From: Chara braunii
Taxonomy: Eukaryota > Plantae > Charophyceae
Length of the DNA stretch: 64,000 nucleotides
Assembly: GCA_003427395.1 (NCBI GenBank)
Contig: BFEA01000024.1
Location: forward strand, 1,190,932 to 1,254,931
Direction of reading: 5' to 3'
Below the pieces are notes generated by a model that saw only the letters and a list, made by a program, of their open reading frames with translations, was not told the DNA's origin and made no database searches. This document shows positions 25,581 to 38,487 of the stretch, piece by piece (position 1 is the stretch's first letter; each line of letters begins with the position of its first letter). Made by a program: the position numbers and the translations under genes.

Positions 25581-26498
25581 CATCTCGTTTTTCTGGGCAT
25601 ACAGGTTAACAGGGAGGTGGTCATATTCTCGGAAACTGGATTTATTCTTTTCTGAAAATAGAACCTCCATTCTATTTCGGAAAATTTTGGTTCCAGAACC
25701 GAAATTTTGCGAAGNNNNNNNNNNNNNNNNNNNNNNNNNNNNNNNNNNNNNNNNNNNNNNNNNNNNNNNNNNNNNNNNNNNNNNNNNNNNNNNNNNNNNN
25801 NNNNNNNNNNNNNNNNNNNNNNNNNNNNNNNNNNNNNNNNNNNNNNNNNNNNNNNNNNNNNNNNNNNNNNNNNNNNNNNNNNNNNNNNNNNNNNNNNNNN
25901 NNNNNNNNNNNNNNNNNNNNNNNNNNNNNNNNNNNNNNNNNNNNNNNNNNNNNNNNNNNNNNNNNNNNNNNNNNCATTTCGTTTGCTAGGCATAATAGGA
26001 GGTTGTCATATTCTCGGAAACTGGATTTATTCTTTTCTGAAAATCGAATCTCTATCTTATGTTCGCACAATGTTTTTTGGAAAGACGAAATTTTGCGAAG
26101 CCTTGCCTAGATCTTACTCTGAGCACTACTCCGTAAAATGCCTCACTGATAGCAGATCGACATTTTTTTTTTTTTTTATTTTTTTTTTTTCTGTTGACTA
26201 GGACCGGGAGGAAAGTACAGTTTGGTTGGTTACCTTCCTGCGTTTTCCCTCCCACCCAACCCTTTTTGCCTGCATTCCCGTTTTGGTAAGTGCCACGTCA
26301 GCAGTGCCATGTCAGCAGCAGTGCCACGACAGCAGTGCCACGTCAGCAGTACCACGACAGCAGCGGGGCCACGTCAGCAGTACTTCGTCACCGTACAGCT
26401 AACTGCAGCTTATGCTCCGACGCAGTAAACGCATCGCAGCACGTGAAGGGCGGGCAGCCGCAGCGGAACAGCAGCTACCCCTGCCCCACCCCTCTGCA

Positions 26499-27939
26499 AT
26501 GGATGCTCAGGGCAACCCCACGGTGGACAATGCCGCATCCGGCAGTCCACGCGAGGCGTGAAGCTCGAACCCCCTGGTCCCACAGGTCCAGCAGGTGGGT
26601 TCCACTGCGACACCTGCGGGAGCCCTCGATGCGGCGCCAGTCCGGCAGCAAGGACAGACCATGATGGCCTTCCTGGCCCGCCTGGACACCTACATGAAAC
26701 AAGTACGAGAGGAACAGCAACGCGAGGCGGCAGCCGAAACGGCACTCCTCAACGCCATTGCACGCGACGCGGAGCAATGGCGCCGGCAGCACGCTGAAGC
26801 AGCTGCCAACCATAACAAAGCTCGAAAAGATGTCGCATCTGTCCTCATGCAGCAGGAAGCCGCTCATACCGTCGCACTCCAAGCATGAATTGTTGATCCG
26901 GTAGAGACGACGGAACCAACTGCGGAGAAGCAGACCAAGTCAGCCCTCGCCAACATGATGCACCAAGTCATCCTCACTTGTAATTGGCGACAAGTGGAGC
27001 TGGCTCGGCAGGCACATACCATTGCTGAGTATGAGGAGACTCAACAACCGGCGACCATCAGCCAGCAAATAGCCGCCCTGCAAGCGGATCTGCGTCAGCT
27101 GCAGCAGCAACCAACTGGGACCTGCAACAGCCTGACGTCGAAACAATGCAAGATGCCGAAGTTCAGCATCGACAGATTTGATGACTACCACAAGGCGGAC
27201 CCGATAACCACCTGGCTCAAACCGAAGGCGTCGAAGTCTCTAAGCTTTACACCAAGATCACTTAGGAGGCCATGACCGAGAAGTGGTGGAAACATTTCAT
27301 CATCGACGACGCTCAAGGCAAAGGCGTGAACTGGATCTTCAGCATGCACCAAGGCAGCCTGCCAACACGCGAATGGCTAACCGAATGGCAGAAACTCGTG
27401 ACGATTCCGAATCTGGACATACTGTTCGTATATCTTCGTCGCGAATTCTTCCAGCGGTCGATGACGCGTTGAGCACGGCCCTTGGGGAAGTTGGGGAGCG
27501 CAGCCTGTACACGGACTTTGACCAGATTGTGGATAAGGCGCGCGAAGTCATCCAAACAAATCGGTGGGCCGCCAACGAGCGGCGAAGCCAACCAAATTTT
27601 GTGGAAAAGGGCAAAGGCCCGCGGCCGCAGCAAGTCGTTGTTGTCCAATGCAATAGACGAGGACGACCAGGCGCAGACTCACGAGTCTAGTGAAGGAGAC
27701 GGAGTCAACGCCCTTCCGCCAAGACGCAACAACCAGAAAAATAAGGCGAAATCTGCGTCAACAACGGAAGCCGGACAACCGAATGAGTCGTGGAAGAAGC
27801 TCAGCCTCACGGAGGAGCAATACAAGCTCCGCCAGAGGTGAAACTGTTGCTACGGGTGCAACAGCACTAAGCACACGACGTCGCAATGCCATGACAAAGC
27901 AAAGAAGACGTCCGTCCACGGCAAAGCTCGGGAAACTGA
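26499..27939 (+). pseudogene. gag: Gypsy gag (disrupted)
   Basis: Coiled coil, KMPKFSIDRFDDYHKADP, TREWLTEWQKL, zinc knuckle CYGCNSTKHTTSQC, ends SGN*. Confidence 0.85.
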
Positions 27940-27975
27940 GTTCCGCGGGAAGTGAGGCGACTTCACTTCCTACTC
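27930..27975 (+). promoter_or_regulatory. Probable -1 ribosomal frameshift signal (gag-pol)
   Basis: Slippery G GGA AAC immediately before the gag stop, then hairpin GGAAGTGAGG-CGA-CTTCACTTCC; pol is in the -1 frame. Confidence 0.75.
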
Positions 27976-30035
27976 TGCCGGACACGGTTGCCTTGCTAGC
28001 AACCTCCTCCACGTCTGGGGAACATACGTATGTCGCCAGTCTTCACGAAGGTTATGAAGACTATGTTGTCCAGCTGGTCCCGTCGTTGGACCAACCTCTC
28101 CACGTGCAAGAGTCATATGCGTGCGCGACTTCAACACCATCGCCAAGTGAACTAGCATCCTCGCCGACACTATTCGAGGACTCGTTCATATGGTCTAGAC
28201 TTGAGCAGCTCGACCCATTGACGCCGGAGGACTTCCAATGGTTGCCTCTTCCCCCATCTTGTTCCTTGCCGAAGCCGCATTGCAACGCCCTAATGGCAGA
28301 ACTACGCACCTACTTGCACGCAGCAGTACCAGCTCCGTTGATGGAAGACAGAGTAGCGGTTGTTGACCTTCGCGAATACATTGCAAAGATTGACGGCGAG
28401 TACGCCACGCAACGGTACGACATCGACGCACCGTTACTCTACGTCCGCATTCAGATCGGGAAGGCGACCTGCAGTGCCTTGATTGATTGTGGAGCTACTC
28501 GCAACTACATCAGCCAAGACTTCATGACGCGCGCCGGCCTTGGGCCGCACGTTCGAAGGAAATCGCAGCCCACGCAAGTCACGTTGGCCGACGGTCGTAC
28601 GCACAAGTCCATTGACCGGTGTGTTGACTCCGTCCCCGTGTACTTCGCCCCGCATGCACGCGAGGCCGTGTCCTTTGACATATTGAACACACAATTCGAC
28701 ATGATTTTGGGCATGTCGTGGCTGCGCAGCGAGGACCACCCGGTGAACTTCTACCGCCTCATCGTTCACGTTCGTGACCGGAACGGGGTACTTGTGCCAT
28801 GTACGGTCCCCCCACCTCACCCTTCGATTGGTTGTCACGTGGTCTCCGCGGCAAGCATTCGCAACTCCATCGCACGGAACGAAGTGGAGGAAATGGACAT
28901 TTGTTTCTTGCACGCCCTCCCTCCTCCCGACGAGCCAGCGGCGGAACAGCCATGGCCCACCGGATCCACGCATTATACAGCTTATTGACTCCTATGGCGA
29001 CGTCTTCGAAGCCCCCACCGGAATTGTACCGAATCGGCCAATTTGTCACGAGATCATCCTCAAAGACAGGGCCGTACCTCCGCGTGGATGTATTTACCGC
29101 ATGAGCGAGGAGGAACTCGAAGTGCTTCGAACGCAACTCGATGACCTCATTGACAAGGGTTGGATTCGCCCTAGCTGCTCGCCCTACGGTGCACCCGTTC
29201 TCTTCGTTCGGAAGAAGAACAAGGAGTTGCGCTTATGCATCGACTATCGTAAGCTTAATGCTCAAACAATTAAGAATGTCGGCCCGCTCCCACGCATCGA
29301 CGATCTTCTCGAATGCTTGGGCGGTGCCAACTATTTCTCCAAGTTGGACCTCAAGGCGGGTACCACGAGCTCGAGATCCATCCAAGAGATCGATACAAAA
29401 CCGCGTTCAAGACACGGTATGGGCACTTCGAGTGGGTCGTAATGCCATTCGGCCTCACGAATGCCCCGGCCACCTTCCAAGCGGCAATGACAACGGAGTT
29501 TCGCGACATATTGGACCGGTTCGTGCTCATCTACCTCGATGACATCTTGGTATATAGCCGGAATTTGGACGAGCACATCGTGCATCTACGCACTGTTTTG
29601 GACAGGCTACGTACGGCCAAGTACAAGGCCAACCGAGCCAAGTGCGAATTCGCGCAGCAAGAGCTCAAGTACTTAGGCCACTTTGTGACGCCGCAAGGCA
29701 TCCGTCCGCTCGCGGACAAGATCAAGGCCATTCAAGATTGGCCGGAACCAACCAACACCACGAAAGTCCGATCTTTTATGGGATTGGCCGAGTACTACCA
29801 ACGCTTCATCGGAGGATACGCACGGATCGCCGCGCCCTTGTCAAGATTGAGGTTCTCCAAAGGTGCCTTTCTAGTTCACCGACGAAGTCCGCAGTTTGTT
29901 CCACAAATTGAAGACGCCATTGCTCCTCTCTCCCGTCTTGAGTATCCACCTGCCCACCTTGCCTACGAGAGTGACTATGGACGCTTTCGACTATGGTCTG
30001 GGTGCAGTTTTGGAACAGCATGACGAAGTAGACTG
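27930..30035 (+). pseudogene. pol: Gypsy pol, part 1 (protease, RT, start of RNase H)
   Basis: [67 protein letters not shown]. Confidence 0.95.
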
Positions 30036-30372
30036 CTATGAAACACCCGCGGAAGCGTCCGCAGGCCCGATCTCGGATGGCGGCCACATATGTGGCCGCG
30101 TCTGCGACTGGCCTGGTCCGCGCCGCAGACCCGATTTTACGAGATTTTTCCTGAATTAAATAATAGGAAAAACAGAAAACAAATATGGGGTTGTAGGGAA
30201 TTTTAATCCCTACAACCCCATATTTTTTTTTTTGGAAATATATATATTTTTGGAATTATAAAAAATAAAAAACAGAAAAGGTGGAGAAGAGAAATTGAAA
30301 AATAAATTTAAAACAAAGTTTTTTTTTGGGGGGGGGGGATTTTTGGTTGGCAGTTCTTTGTATTCTTCGTTG

Positions 30373-30863
30373 ACCAGGGACTTCCCCAGACCTAGCGTTT
30401 GGTTTTTGCGGATCAGGGACTTCATTGATTGAACTAGGCCTGTTTGGGGTTGATGCGTTGACTGTGGGGCTTAGCGGTAGGTAAGGGACACGGCTAGGCA
30501 GACCCGGTCGGGCCTCTGGACCTGGTAAGGCGGGAACAGTTTGGCCAAACCGACGATATCGGTTGCTTTAGTTTTTTGGGGGGGCTGCCATCATAAATAC
30601 TGACGTTTTGTCGGTACGACTCCCTTTTGATGCCTTCGGGCGTCAAAGTGAGTCAACTTTGCGTGACTCATTTGGTCCGAGGAGTGTTTCGGCGGGTCTT
30701 GGGTGCGTGGTATGTTGGCGGTTGTGTTACGTGGATTTTATAGCTATGGTTGTGATTACTATGGTTCCTCACGTGCTTCGATGTGTGCATCTTCGATGTT
30801 TGTGCATCTTTCATGTCTGCATATGATGTATGAGTGCGAGCCTGCGTGTCTTCTTTGCTGCTT
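30373..30863 (+). repeat. PLE-D 5' pseudo-LTR
   Basis: Near-identical to 35160-35650; no TG...CA ends, PBS or PPT. Confidence 0.92.
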
Positions 30864-30981
30864 GCATCCAGCGTCGTAACCTGCTAGGAGATTAGACCTA
30901 GAGGGGGTGGCCACGAATGTGTTACGAAGAGAGTTGCGAAGTGAGTTGGAGTGAGAAGTGGTCGTCTAGACTAGTCTGTGA

Positions 30982-32182
30982 ATGGCGGACACAATGAGTA
31001 ACGAAAGTGGGACGGGTGGTGCAGGCGGTCCTACTAGCTCCGGAGGTTCCGGAGGATCGGGACGGGGGCAGGGCTAGTCGTAGTGAGAACATGATGGTGG
31101 GGCGTACTTGCTATGAGTGTGGTGAGCCCGATCACTTCGCCAGTGTCTGCAAAGAGTACTGGGAGGCCAAGGATCGGGGGGTTCCGTTTGTACCTCCACC
31201 ACCACCAGCGTATGTAAGAACGGGTCGGACCGTGTTTGGCAGTGGAAGCGAACGACGGAGTCACTCGACGGACAACTATGCGATGAGGAGAGAAGACGAG
31301 GAGACGAATGCGATGATGAGGAGTTATTTTCGAGAGAAGGCTCTGATGTGGAAACAGGAGAAGGAGAATTTGGCAAAGGAAGAAGAGAAGCGAAAACAAG
31401 AAGCGTTGCGACTCGAGGCAGAGAAGAAGAAACAGGAAGAAATTGAAGAGCGGAAGCGAGTTGAAGATGAACAAGACGCAAGGCTACTACGTATCATCCG
31501 TTCGGAAATCCGAGTTGAAAGTGACACTGAGAATGAACGTGCTCCACGACGAATCAGGAAGTTGGTGAGACGAAACGAGAGGGGCGAGACGTTGGAAGAA
31601 GAGAAGGAAAGGTTAAGACGAACAATCGCCCTTCATCAAGAGGAAGAAGCTGTTGAGGACGAAGAACTCATTCTGCTACGAAGACGAGCGGCAGGATTGG
31701 TAATTAGTGACAAGAGGAAGCGGGAGAAGGAGGTAGTGATTGGTGATAGTCCACCAATGATCACGCCTACCAAAGGACAGCGGACGAGACTGGGAACGAT
31801 GGTGAAATTACGGATCGAGGAGATACGCGAAACGGGGAAGGTGGCGACATCGTCATCCCCGATACCCGAGCCGGTGGGGAAGATTGCCTTGTCCCTCAAA
31901 CACATCTCGGTTGGGACTGGCCCGGGTGCAAGGGAGAAGTACGAAGCGGACTGTCGGGAACTCTACAAAGCGCTGACAGTGGAAGAACTGAAAGAGGCAT
32001 GCAAGACAGAACGAATTAACTATGGTAAGCGCGAAGCTGCGGTCAAGCGTCTGGTCCTACGCAGGGTTGTCAAAGCATATGACCCGATTAACGTTCCACT
32101 ACCGGTAACCCTGGTGGTCAGGAGAATGACGAGAGCATCGAAGGCCACCGAAGCAGAAGAGGACGACAAAGAGTCAGAGTGA
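30982..32182 (+). CDS. PLE-D ORF1: CCHC zinc knuckle, coiled coil and SAP-like domain (early frameshift)
   Basis: CYECGEPDHFASVC; long E/K/R coil; LYKALTVEELKEACKTERINYGKREAAVKRL. Confidence 0.8.
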
Positions 32183-32195
32183 GAAGATTGAAGAA

Positions 32196-35046
32196 GTGGC
32201 CGAGCTGCGACTGTTGCACGGAGGCCGTGGTAAGAGAGAAGAGGGTTGTATGCGTGCGCTGCTTCTGGCATTAGTTCTTGAAGGCGAAATAACCTGGTGC
32301 GAAAAATTTCTGGAATATTGGAGGGAGGCAGCTAAGAGTGGGAAGTTAGATCTGAGCTCTCCAAGAGGTTGTGTGTATGTTATCATATCGCCATGGTATA
32401 AACAGTGCTATGTTGGGATGACTGAACGGAACCTAGTATCGAGATGGAATGAACATGTGAGTTGTGCAAGACAGGGAGATAGGAAGAGAGGAAGGAACCT
32501 GTACAATTGGTTGGGGAAGGTAGGCGCCCTCGCGTATGTAGCTATCCCTTTATGCTTTAGTAATGATAGGAGGGAGTTGGAAGCCATCGATCGGACACTC
32601 ATCCGGACATGGTCACCATCATTGAACTTGAAAGGAGTCGGAAAAGGGAACGGAAAGAGACGGAGGAGAGGGAAGAGGGAACGGAGGAAGAAGGTTAAAG
32701 GTAAGAACGAGCGTACTAACTCGTCAAGATCGAGAATCCTAGAGCTCTGTGAGGAAGGGGATGAGCCGACGGTCAGGGCTGTGGACCTACTGAGAAAACT
32801 CAGTCGGGAGAAACCGAAACAGGACGTGCGGATTAGCTGTAACGGTGGTGCAGCGTGGGTTGACGGATGGCGGGTCGTGAGATGTTTATTTGGCGAATCG
32901 CGTGTGATCGTGGGAAAACGGACTAGACCCCTTCGAAAGTGTAAGTCACTGTTCGAGACGGAAGGTTGGGTGACCGTGCGGAACGGTATCGAAGCATCGC
33001 CTGGAACGATACGCTTGAAGCAGGAGGTGATTGGTATGTTTAGGGATAAAAGAAAGAAGAAGATTTTGCTGAGTAAGTCGAAGAGCGAGTTGGTTAGATA
33101 CTATGGGGTTGAGAAGTTGTTCTCAGAGAAGCGTAACCGTACGAAGGTGAGGAGAATGGTCTCTGATGTCTTCAGGACGAAATTTCATATGAATGTATGC
33201 AGGAGGGTCGTAGTGAAGGTCAAATATGATGAGAGGATTAAAAAAAGTGAAGTCGTAAGGGTAGTAAGAAGTGGTATAGGGAGATTGCATCTTGATCGAC
33301 CAGTTCTGGAGATGGTTCGAAGACGATCCCGTGTCGTATGGACAAGAGGTCCTAACGTCGGGGATTTGATCCATAATCACCGCCGCTTCGCGGCGAATGG
33401 AGTATCTGTGTGCAATTGCACCAGCATGTCCTTTCCTAAGTTGGAGGGACACGTCCATTTCCGGATTGGTGACTGGGAGGGCTGTCCAAATATAGCACGT
33501 AATGCTAAGAACATACCGAGTGATTATGGGACTGGTTTGTGTGAACGACTATCGAAGGAGGTCACAGAAGGTTTCTCCGACCTCAGTTGGATGGGTGAGG
33601 GTGTGGAAAAGGTGGAGTTCACAAGCAAAGAAGTGGAGAAGCGTATTGTGATGAAGGGGAAGGAAAAGGGCAGCGATCTGACGGAGATCAACAGTTTGAA
33701 GAAAGAATTGCAGGGCTTGGTTTGTGCCCCTCTTGACAGAAACCCCGACGATACTCTCGTGATGTCCCCAACAACATACCGGGAGGCGATGAAGACTACA
33801 CTCATCGACAATGAAGGGTACACAGTTCGGAAAGAGAAGGAGGAGGACATCTTGGGGGATGAACTATGTGTATATGTAGAGAAGGGCTTTGAACAGGTGG
33901 GAAAGTGGAAGAAGGATGGGAAGATGGGTAAAGCCTATGCGTTGCCAAAGCACAAGGACACGTCTAAATATAGACCAATATGTCCTACGTACAGTGAGCC
34001 GGGTAATAACGCATGCAAGAAGATCTCGAGAGCCTTGAATATGATGCTATTCTCATTGTCGGACAGCACGCACTTTAATTTGAAGTCCATCTGTGGGCTG
34101 CGAGATAGGCTGAAAGGGATTAATTGCAGAATTACGAGTGTTGGATGTCGCACGCAGCTGCTTGCTCGATCATATGATATTAAAGATATGTTCAGCAAGC
34201 TGCCGCATGCGACGATCAACCGTGCTGTTGACTGGTGCATTTGGTGGCTTGAATCCAGAGGATACCGGGGAATGTTTGTGAAGCGACAGGGAAAGGGTTG
34301 TATGCTGAGTAGATTGGAACGTATTGAGGGTTGTCAGTATTAGCTTTGGCGTCATTCGTGAATTTGTTCATTTTGAACTTGAATTTTGTTTTACGATTGC
34401 GGGTGGCACCATCTTGCAGCAGACGGTGGGGATCCCCATGGGAAAGTCTACGAGCCCACCGCTTGCCTGTCTGATGTGTGCCAAAGCAGAATGGGATCTG
34501 CTGATTTCATTGGGGAACGAGAGAAGGTTTGTCGAAGGTTTGAGGTATGTTGATGATGCGTCAGTATTTGTTGCCTTTGATCCACAGCGTTCCGAAACAA
34601 GGGAACGTGCTGAGAGGATTCTTGATCGTTTTGAAAGGTGTTATGACGAGGCATTGACACTCAAGCGGACTGACGAGGGCCAAGAGGCTTGGGATTTCCT
34701 GGGCTGTCGTCTGAGTGTGCGTAAGCAATTTCCATTTCTGGGCTGTTGCCAAGCAATGAAAAACGACAAGGCCCTGAGTGAGGGCCAAGCTCTGGTGTTT
34801 CAGACATTTCAGGATTATGAATCCTTGACCAGCAAGAAAGCTAAGCTGGCTGTTATCACAAGTGCATTGCATCGAATTCATCAGAACTCGATGGTCGGAT
34901 TGGAGTTGATGGAGACCTTACTTCTGCTGAAAATCGAGGTTCGCAGAAGGAGATATCCGGACCATTTTTTCCGTAGAGCATTGCCGAATTTCGCGAGGGA
35001 CAAGACCGATTTTTGGAAATTGGCAGCGCAATTGTTAGCAGATTGA
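32196..35046 (+). CDS. PLE-D ORF2: GIY-YIG endonuclease, CxC linker and RT (one frameshift near 34330)
   Basis: VYVIISPWYKQCYVGMT...RWNEH...PSLN; CNC...GHV; AYALPKHKDTSKYRPI; YDIKDMF; GIPMGKSTSP; RYVDD; DFLG. Confidence 0.93.
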
Positions 35047-35159
35047 TTGTCTGAGATTGGAATCGATGAGTTGTTTTTGTGTTTGGATCGTAGGTTTTGA
35101 GATGTTTGATTGTATGTCAGGACAGTTTCTTTGTCTTCCTTTGTTTTTGGATTTAGTGC

Positions 35160-35650
35160 ACCAGGGACTTTCCCAGACCTAGCGTTTGTTTTTTGCGGAT
35201 CAGGGACTTCGTTGATTGAACTAGGCCTGTTTGGGGTTGATGCGTTGACTGTGGGGCTTAGCGGTAGGTAAGGGACACGACTGGGCAGACCCGGTCGGGC
35301 CTCTGGACCTGGTAAGGCGGGAACAGTTTGGCCGAACCGACGATATCGGTTGCTTTAGTTTTTTTGGGGGGCTGTCATCATAAATACTGGCGTTTTGTCG
35401 GTACGACTCCCTTTTGATGCCTTCGGGTGTCAAAGTGAGTCAACTTTGCGTGACTCATTTGGTCTGAGGAGTGTTTCGGCGGGTCTTGGGTGCGTGGTAT
35501 GTTGGCGGTTGTGTTACGTGGATTTTACAGCTATGGCTGTGATTACTATGGTTCCTCACGTGCTTCGATGTGTGCATCTTCGATGTTTGTGCATCTTTGA
35601 TGTCTGCATGTGATGTATGAGTGCGAGCCTGCGTGTCTTCTTTGCTGCTT
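35160..35650 (+). repeat. PLE-D 3' pseudo-LTR
   Basis: Second copy of 30373-30863. Confidence 0.92.
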
Positions 35651-36586
35651 TGTATTCTTCGTTTTTACGTTTTTTTTTTGTTTTTTTTTTTTTGTCCTAA
35701 GGAAACAATCAACGGAATGGGAAAAAAAAAANNNNNNNNNNNNNNNNNNNNNNNNNNNNNNNNNNNNNNNNNNNNNNNNNNNNNNNNNNNNNNNNNNNNN
35801 NNNNNNNNNNNNNNNNNNNNNNNNNNNNNNNNNNNNNNNNNNNNNNNNNNNNNNNNNNNNNNNNNNNNNNNNNNNNNNNNNNNNNNNNNNNNNNNNNNNN
35901 NNNNNNNNNNNNNNNNNNNNNNNNNNNNNNNNNNNNNNNNNNNNNNNNNNNNNNNNNNNNNNNNNNNNNNNNNNNNNNNNNNNNNNNNNNNNNNNNNNNN
36001 NNNNNNNNNNNNNNNNNNNNNNNNNNNNNNNNNNNNNNNNNNNNNNNNNNNNNNNNNNNNNNNNNNNNNNNNNNNNNNNNNNNNNNNNNNNNNNNNNNNN
36101 NNNNNNNNNNNNNNNNNNNNNNNNNNNNNNNNNNNNNNNNNNNNNNNNNNNNNNNNNNNNNNNNNNNNNNNNNNNNNNNNNNNNNNNNNNNNNNNNNNNN
36201 NNNNNNNNNNNNNNNNNNNNNNNNNNNNNNNNNNNNNNNNNNNNNNNNNNNNNNNNNNNNNNNNNNNNNNNNNNNNNNNNNNNNNNNNNNNNNNNNNNNN
36301 NNNNNNNNNNNNNNNNNNNNNNNNNNNNNNNNNNNNNNNNNNNNNNNNNNNNNNNNNNNNNNNNNNNNNNNNNNNNNNNNNNNNNNNNNNNNNNNNNNNN
36401 NNNNNNNNNNNNNNNNNNNNNNNNGGGGCTGGGGATGCGCCACCCCATGGCGCTTCCCGAATTCCCAACCGCCCTCCCCATCGGCCGCCGCGCATCCGCG
36501 AAGTCGCGCGGTCGCGCGGACGCGTCCGCGGGGTCGCGGACTCGGCCGCGCTTGTCCGCCGTCGAGGGGGATTCGTAGGTAGACTG

Positions 36587-38476
36587 GCATCTGGTTGAGT
36601 AGTTCAGCCAAAAGGTGCCTCCCATCAACTGGGTTGATGATGCGCGGAAGAAGGAATTGCTTACATTCGTCACGGTACTCAAGCGTTGGCGACACTTCCT
36701 CCTCGGGCGTCGTAGGTTCACTTGGGCAACGGATAATAACCCATTGACCTACTACAAGACCGAAGACACGGTGAGCAGCACGACTGCGCGATGGATGTAC
36801 TTCATCGATCAGTTCGAATTCACACCGAAACACATTTCGGGCCTCTCCAACCGAGCCGCGGATGCTCTTTCGCGAAGATCAGATCTTTGCGCATTGACTC
36901 ACCACGCGTTCAGTTTTGACGACGCCCTTCATCAGCATTTTGTATGAGCATACAAGTCCGATCCGGAATACGCCACACTCTACGAGGAACTATCCTCGGA
37001 TCACCCACCGGCCAGCCACTATCGCGTCGTCGACGGCTACTTGCTTCTTCACTCACAAGGCAAGGACTCACTATGCGTCCCACACAACCGTCGCTTACGG
37101 ACTCGCCTCCTCGGCGAGTACCACGACTCGAGACTCGCCGGCCACTTCGGAGTTAACTGTACGATCGCAAGACTTCGGCAACGATTCCGGTGGCCCGACC
37201 TCATTACCGACGTGACGACGTCACTTGATATTGAGACTCTTGCGAAGTTTGCCGATGAAGCAAACCCCGCAATCGCAACCCCTATGGCGAGTTACGCCCG
37301 TTGCTTATTCCGCGGGAACCCGGCCTCTCCATTGCTATGGACGTCACCGGCCCATTCCCCTGTAACCGCTTCGGGCACGACGACATTCTCACGGTCGTTG
37401 ACCGATTGAGCAAGTACGCACGATTTCTTCCTTGCAAGTTCTACGCCACGGCTCCTGAACTTGCACGCCTTTTACACACCGGCTGGATTTGCGGCCACGA
37501 CGTTCCGTTAGACATCGTCAGCGACCGCGACACTCGTTTTATGTCGGGATTTTGAACCTCCCTCATGAAAGAGTCCGACACCAAGATGAAACCAAGTTCG
37601 GCTCGACATCCACAAACGGACGGGCAGACGGAGCGGGCACATCAAACCGCTCAAGTACTGCTTCGCATACTCATCCGTACGGATCAAAAGGATTGGGTGG
37701 ACCGCCTCCCCGACATTGAATTCGCCTACAACACTTCGTTGCACCCGACGATCGGCGTGACTCCATTCGAGTTACACCACGGTGGTAGGAAAGGTTGTAT
37801 CTTCGCTGATCTTCCATTTCCAAGGATTGCCGACATTGATGCCGCCTGTTCTCCCGCCTCCGTTCGGAAGTATAGGAACTTGCTGGCTAAAGCCTGCGCC
37901 AACATGCAAAAGGCTCAAGTCCGCATGCAACAACAAGCTAACAGGCGTCGCGTGCCATGCCCTATCCGCGCCGGCGACCTTGTTTGGGTCTCCATGGAGG
38001 AGTTTGCGCTTGAACAAGAAGTATCCGACAAACTACTTCCAAAGTGGTTTGGACCATGTCCCGTCACAGCAGCCGCAGGCGATGAGCCCGATGGCCCCTC
38101 ATTTGTGATCGAAATCCCGCCTCATCTCACGGTGCACCCGGTTTTCCATGCCTCCAAGCTGGCCACATATACACCAGCCAAGAGCGACGACTTCCCGGGC
38201 GGACGATCGCAGGACCCTCCTTCCATGGATGGTCATCAGGAAGTCGACCACGTCATCATGCATCGCAAGCATGACAACAAGCCAATGCAATACAAAGTCA
38301 CATTCAAAAGGTGCGACCGCGACGACACGTGATGGATTTCCCGGGCAGCTTTGCAAGCCTCAGCACCAGAGATCTACGTTGATTATGAGAAAAAACGGCT
38401 AGCCACGGAAGCTGCACAGCCTCCCACCCGGACTTCAGTCCCTCCCTCCAACCGACAGCTTCGCCCTCGCAGGTAA
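36587..38476 (+). pseudogene. pol: Gypsy pol, part 2 (RNase H, integrase, chromodomain)
   Basis: KELL...WRHFL, TDNNPL, NRAADALSR, EYHD...GHFG, IAMDV, IVSDRD, HPQTDGQTER, HPVFHASKL, EVDHVIMHR...QYKVTF...DT*W. Confidence 0.95.
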
Positions 38477-38487
38477 GCTCGGTCTTT

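Larger units (their letters stand above)
30372..35650 (+). mobile_element. PLE-D: near-intact two-ORF Penelope-like element with 491-bp pseudo-LTRs
   Basis: Direct repeats 30373-30863 and 35160-35650; 16-bp TSD CTTTGTATTCTTCGTT (30356-71 and 35648-63). Confidence 0.92.
30036..36578. mobile_element. Non-autonomous TIR DNA transposon (hAT-like, 8-bp TSD), hosting PLE-D
   Basis: TSD GTAGACTG at 30028-35 and 36579-86; imperfect TIR CTATGAAACACCCGCG vs CTACGAATCCCCCTCG (12/16); GC-rich subterminal repeats. Partly hidden by an N gap. Confidence 0.75.

Noticed and set aside
32196-35046. GIY-YIG + RT as a group II intron, retron or bacterial defence system
   Set aside because: PLE-type RT motifs (LPK.K...RPI, GIPMG...SP), pseudo-LTRs and a TSD indicate a Penelope-like retroelement.
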